A stretch of 64,000 bases of DNA from the NCBI GenBank assembly GCA_012295275.1, contig CM022676.1:18724001-18788000 (forward strand), read 5' to 3'. The notes under the pieces are model-generated. The model saw only the letters and a list, made by a program, of their open reading frames with translations. It was not told the origin of the DNA and did not search any database. A program made the position numbers and the translations under genes. The stretch is from Chrysomallon squamiferum (taxonomy: Eukaryota; Animalia; Mollusca). This document shows, in pieces, positions 61,930-64,000 of this stretch. Position 1 is the stretch's first letter, and the number at the start of each line of letters is the position of its first letter.

Positions 61930-61969
<40 letters not shown>

Positions 61970-63241
61970 TGAAATAAATAAATAAAATAAAAATTATTTA
62001 AAATAAAATTAAACCAAAAAAATAACATTTATAAAAATAATAATAATAATAAAGTGAATTTAATAATAATGATGATGTTAATAATAATTGAATAATAATG
62101 ACAATAACAAAAATGACAACACAACAACAACAACAACAACAATAATCATAATAAAGAGAGGTATCATAAAAATAATAATCATAAAATAAAATACCAAGTA
62201 AAACATTATCCCCAAAATAGAACATCATAAAAATAACAAAAATATCATCAAAAACAGTTGCATTATCTGAAAAAACATGTTACTATCTAAACAAAAACAA
62301 AATACTACTGTATAAACTACAATTAACATTTAAGTATTAAAATAATTAAACAGTATTAAACAAACCACCATTAATTAAGTATTAAGCTATTATCTTCACA
62401 AACAACATTGTCTAAACAACTACTGTTAATTAAATACCACATTATGTAAGAAAAAGGTTATTAAAACTCGCATTGTTATCTAGATCAACACAGTTATCTA
62501 AACAACTGATTCCGAATTACTTTACTAAAATATCTGCGAATAATACATGAATAAAATACTAAATAAAAAACACAAAGTAACAGAGGATGGAAAGAACTTG
62601 CTGGATGCAGCAAGTTAAAACTGCTCTAGTTGTTTTGTTTGCTTGTTTCCTCTCATTGTACTAAACATGGCTGTCACGTATGTATTGAGCAAGCATCAAC
62701 ATTTCTCTGTTGATGAACTAGTAAACCTGTCTACAAGATGCTACTAAACCCAGGACTACTGGCAAACCACATTAATATTACTGAAACGTGTTATCAACCT
62801 TTATTATTTATGAAAGTGTTTGACAACAATAATCAAATTGGTTATAATATCTTTCTGTGTGTTTGTGTGTGTGTGTGTGTGTGTGTTTGTCGAAGAAATT
62901 TAAATCTGAAAAAATCTTTACAAAATATGAGACACCATTAAAAAAATTAATAAGTGATATTGTACACAGAACCACCTATACACAAACATACACACACACA
63001 CACATACACACACATACCTAGACACAGACACACACACATAACTAAACACAGACACACAGACAAACAAACATACATGCACAGATACTATATAAATATTTGC
63101 TGATGAAACAAATGTTTTATTATTTAGCATTAAAGTCCACACTGTACAGACTGAAAACACAAAACTGTGAAAAACAGTCAAACTAACACAGAAGAAGTTC
63201 TGCTATATGCTGCTTGTTATCTTAATTTTGTTTCTTTTAGC

Positions 63242-63297
<56 letters not shown>

Positions 63298-63813
63298 GAG
63301 AGAGAGAGAGAGAAAGAGACAGAGAGAGTGAGAGAGAGAGAGAAAGTGAAAGAGAGAGAGAAAGAAAAGAGAGAGAGAGAGAGAGAAAGAAAGAGAAAGA
63401 GAAAAGAGAGAGAAAAAAGAGAGAGAGTAAGAGAGAGAAAGAAAAGAGAGACAGAGAGGACAATGAAATACAAGAAATGCTGAAAGACAACACCTCACTA
63501 TGTTACAGTTTTCACAAATCTACACACAAGTAAACTGAATGACCCAGAAAGGTCACAGTAATCTGTGTGTGTTGCAATCCGCCTGGGATTATCTGTGTTG
63601 TGTTAATCATAGCCAAGTGTCGCAATGAAAGCGACGTATTGGCAAACTGCCAGCCCTCGTCTGCCCACAGTGAGATACTGCAGATTAGTCATTCACTGTA
63701 GTGTCGTACAAAGTAAGCTCAAATATTACTGGTGCTCCGGGAAAACTGGTGGAATCTTAATCTGATAAAAGTGTAATGGCTGATTATTTATTTATTCATT
63801 TATTTATTTTAGA

Positions 63814-63849
<36 letters not shown>

Positions 63850-64000
63850 AATTCATAAAATAAAATAAAATAAGATAAAATATTAAAAATAAATAAAATA
63901 TTAAAAATAAATAAAATAAAAAAATAAAATAAAATAAAATAAAATAAAATAAAAAGATAAAATAAAAATATAAATAAAATAAAAAGATGATGAAAAGAAA

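Noticed and set aside
63494-63761. Unique island with an acceptor-like ttttatcag, as a candidate upstream exon of the ankyrin gene
   Set aside because: All three minus-strand frames contain stops, and no donor gives an open phase-1 join to 61803. It could be non-coding, but that is unsupported.

Overview
AT-rich, microsatellite-dense animal genomic DNA with spliceosomal introns. The neuropeptide type suggests a mollusc or other lophotrochozoan (inference). Most ORFs in the supplied track are simple-repeat artefacts. Reading splice sites and phases by hand gives five genes. (1) A plus-strand, roughly 7-exon gene absent as a whole from the ORF track (602-7499), encoding a ~141-aa secreted protein with two Cys-rich VWC/pacifastin-like modules. 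(2, 3) Two tandem, intact, minus-strand 5-coding-exon class I SAM-dependent methyltransferase paralogues (9346-12856, 283 aa; 17371-20103, 276 aa). (4) An NKY/LFRYamide-type neuropeptide precursor with one coding exon (27773-28108, minus), and a probable TATA promoter and non-coding first exon ~10.7 kb upstream. (5) The 3' part of a Bcl-3/IkB-family ankyrin gene (51606-61803, minus), with a probable GC-AG intron and a 618-codon low-complexity terminal exon. The most unusual recurring signal is that tandem duplications sit exactly on splice junctions in three different genes, creating arrays of duplicate donors or acceptors. No CRISPR, rRNA, tRNA or intact transposon ORF was seen. All homology statements are from recognition and memory; no search was run.
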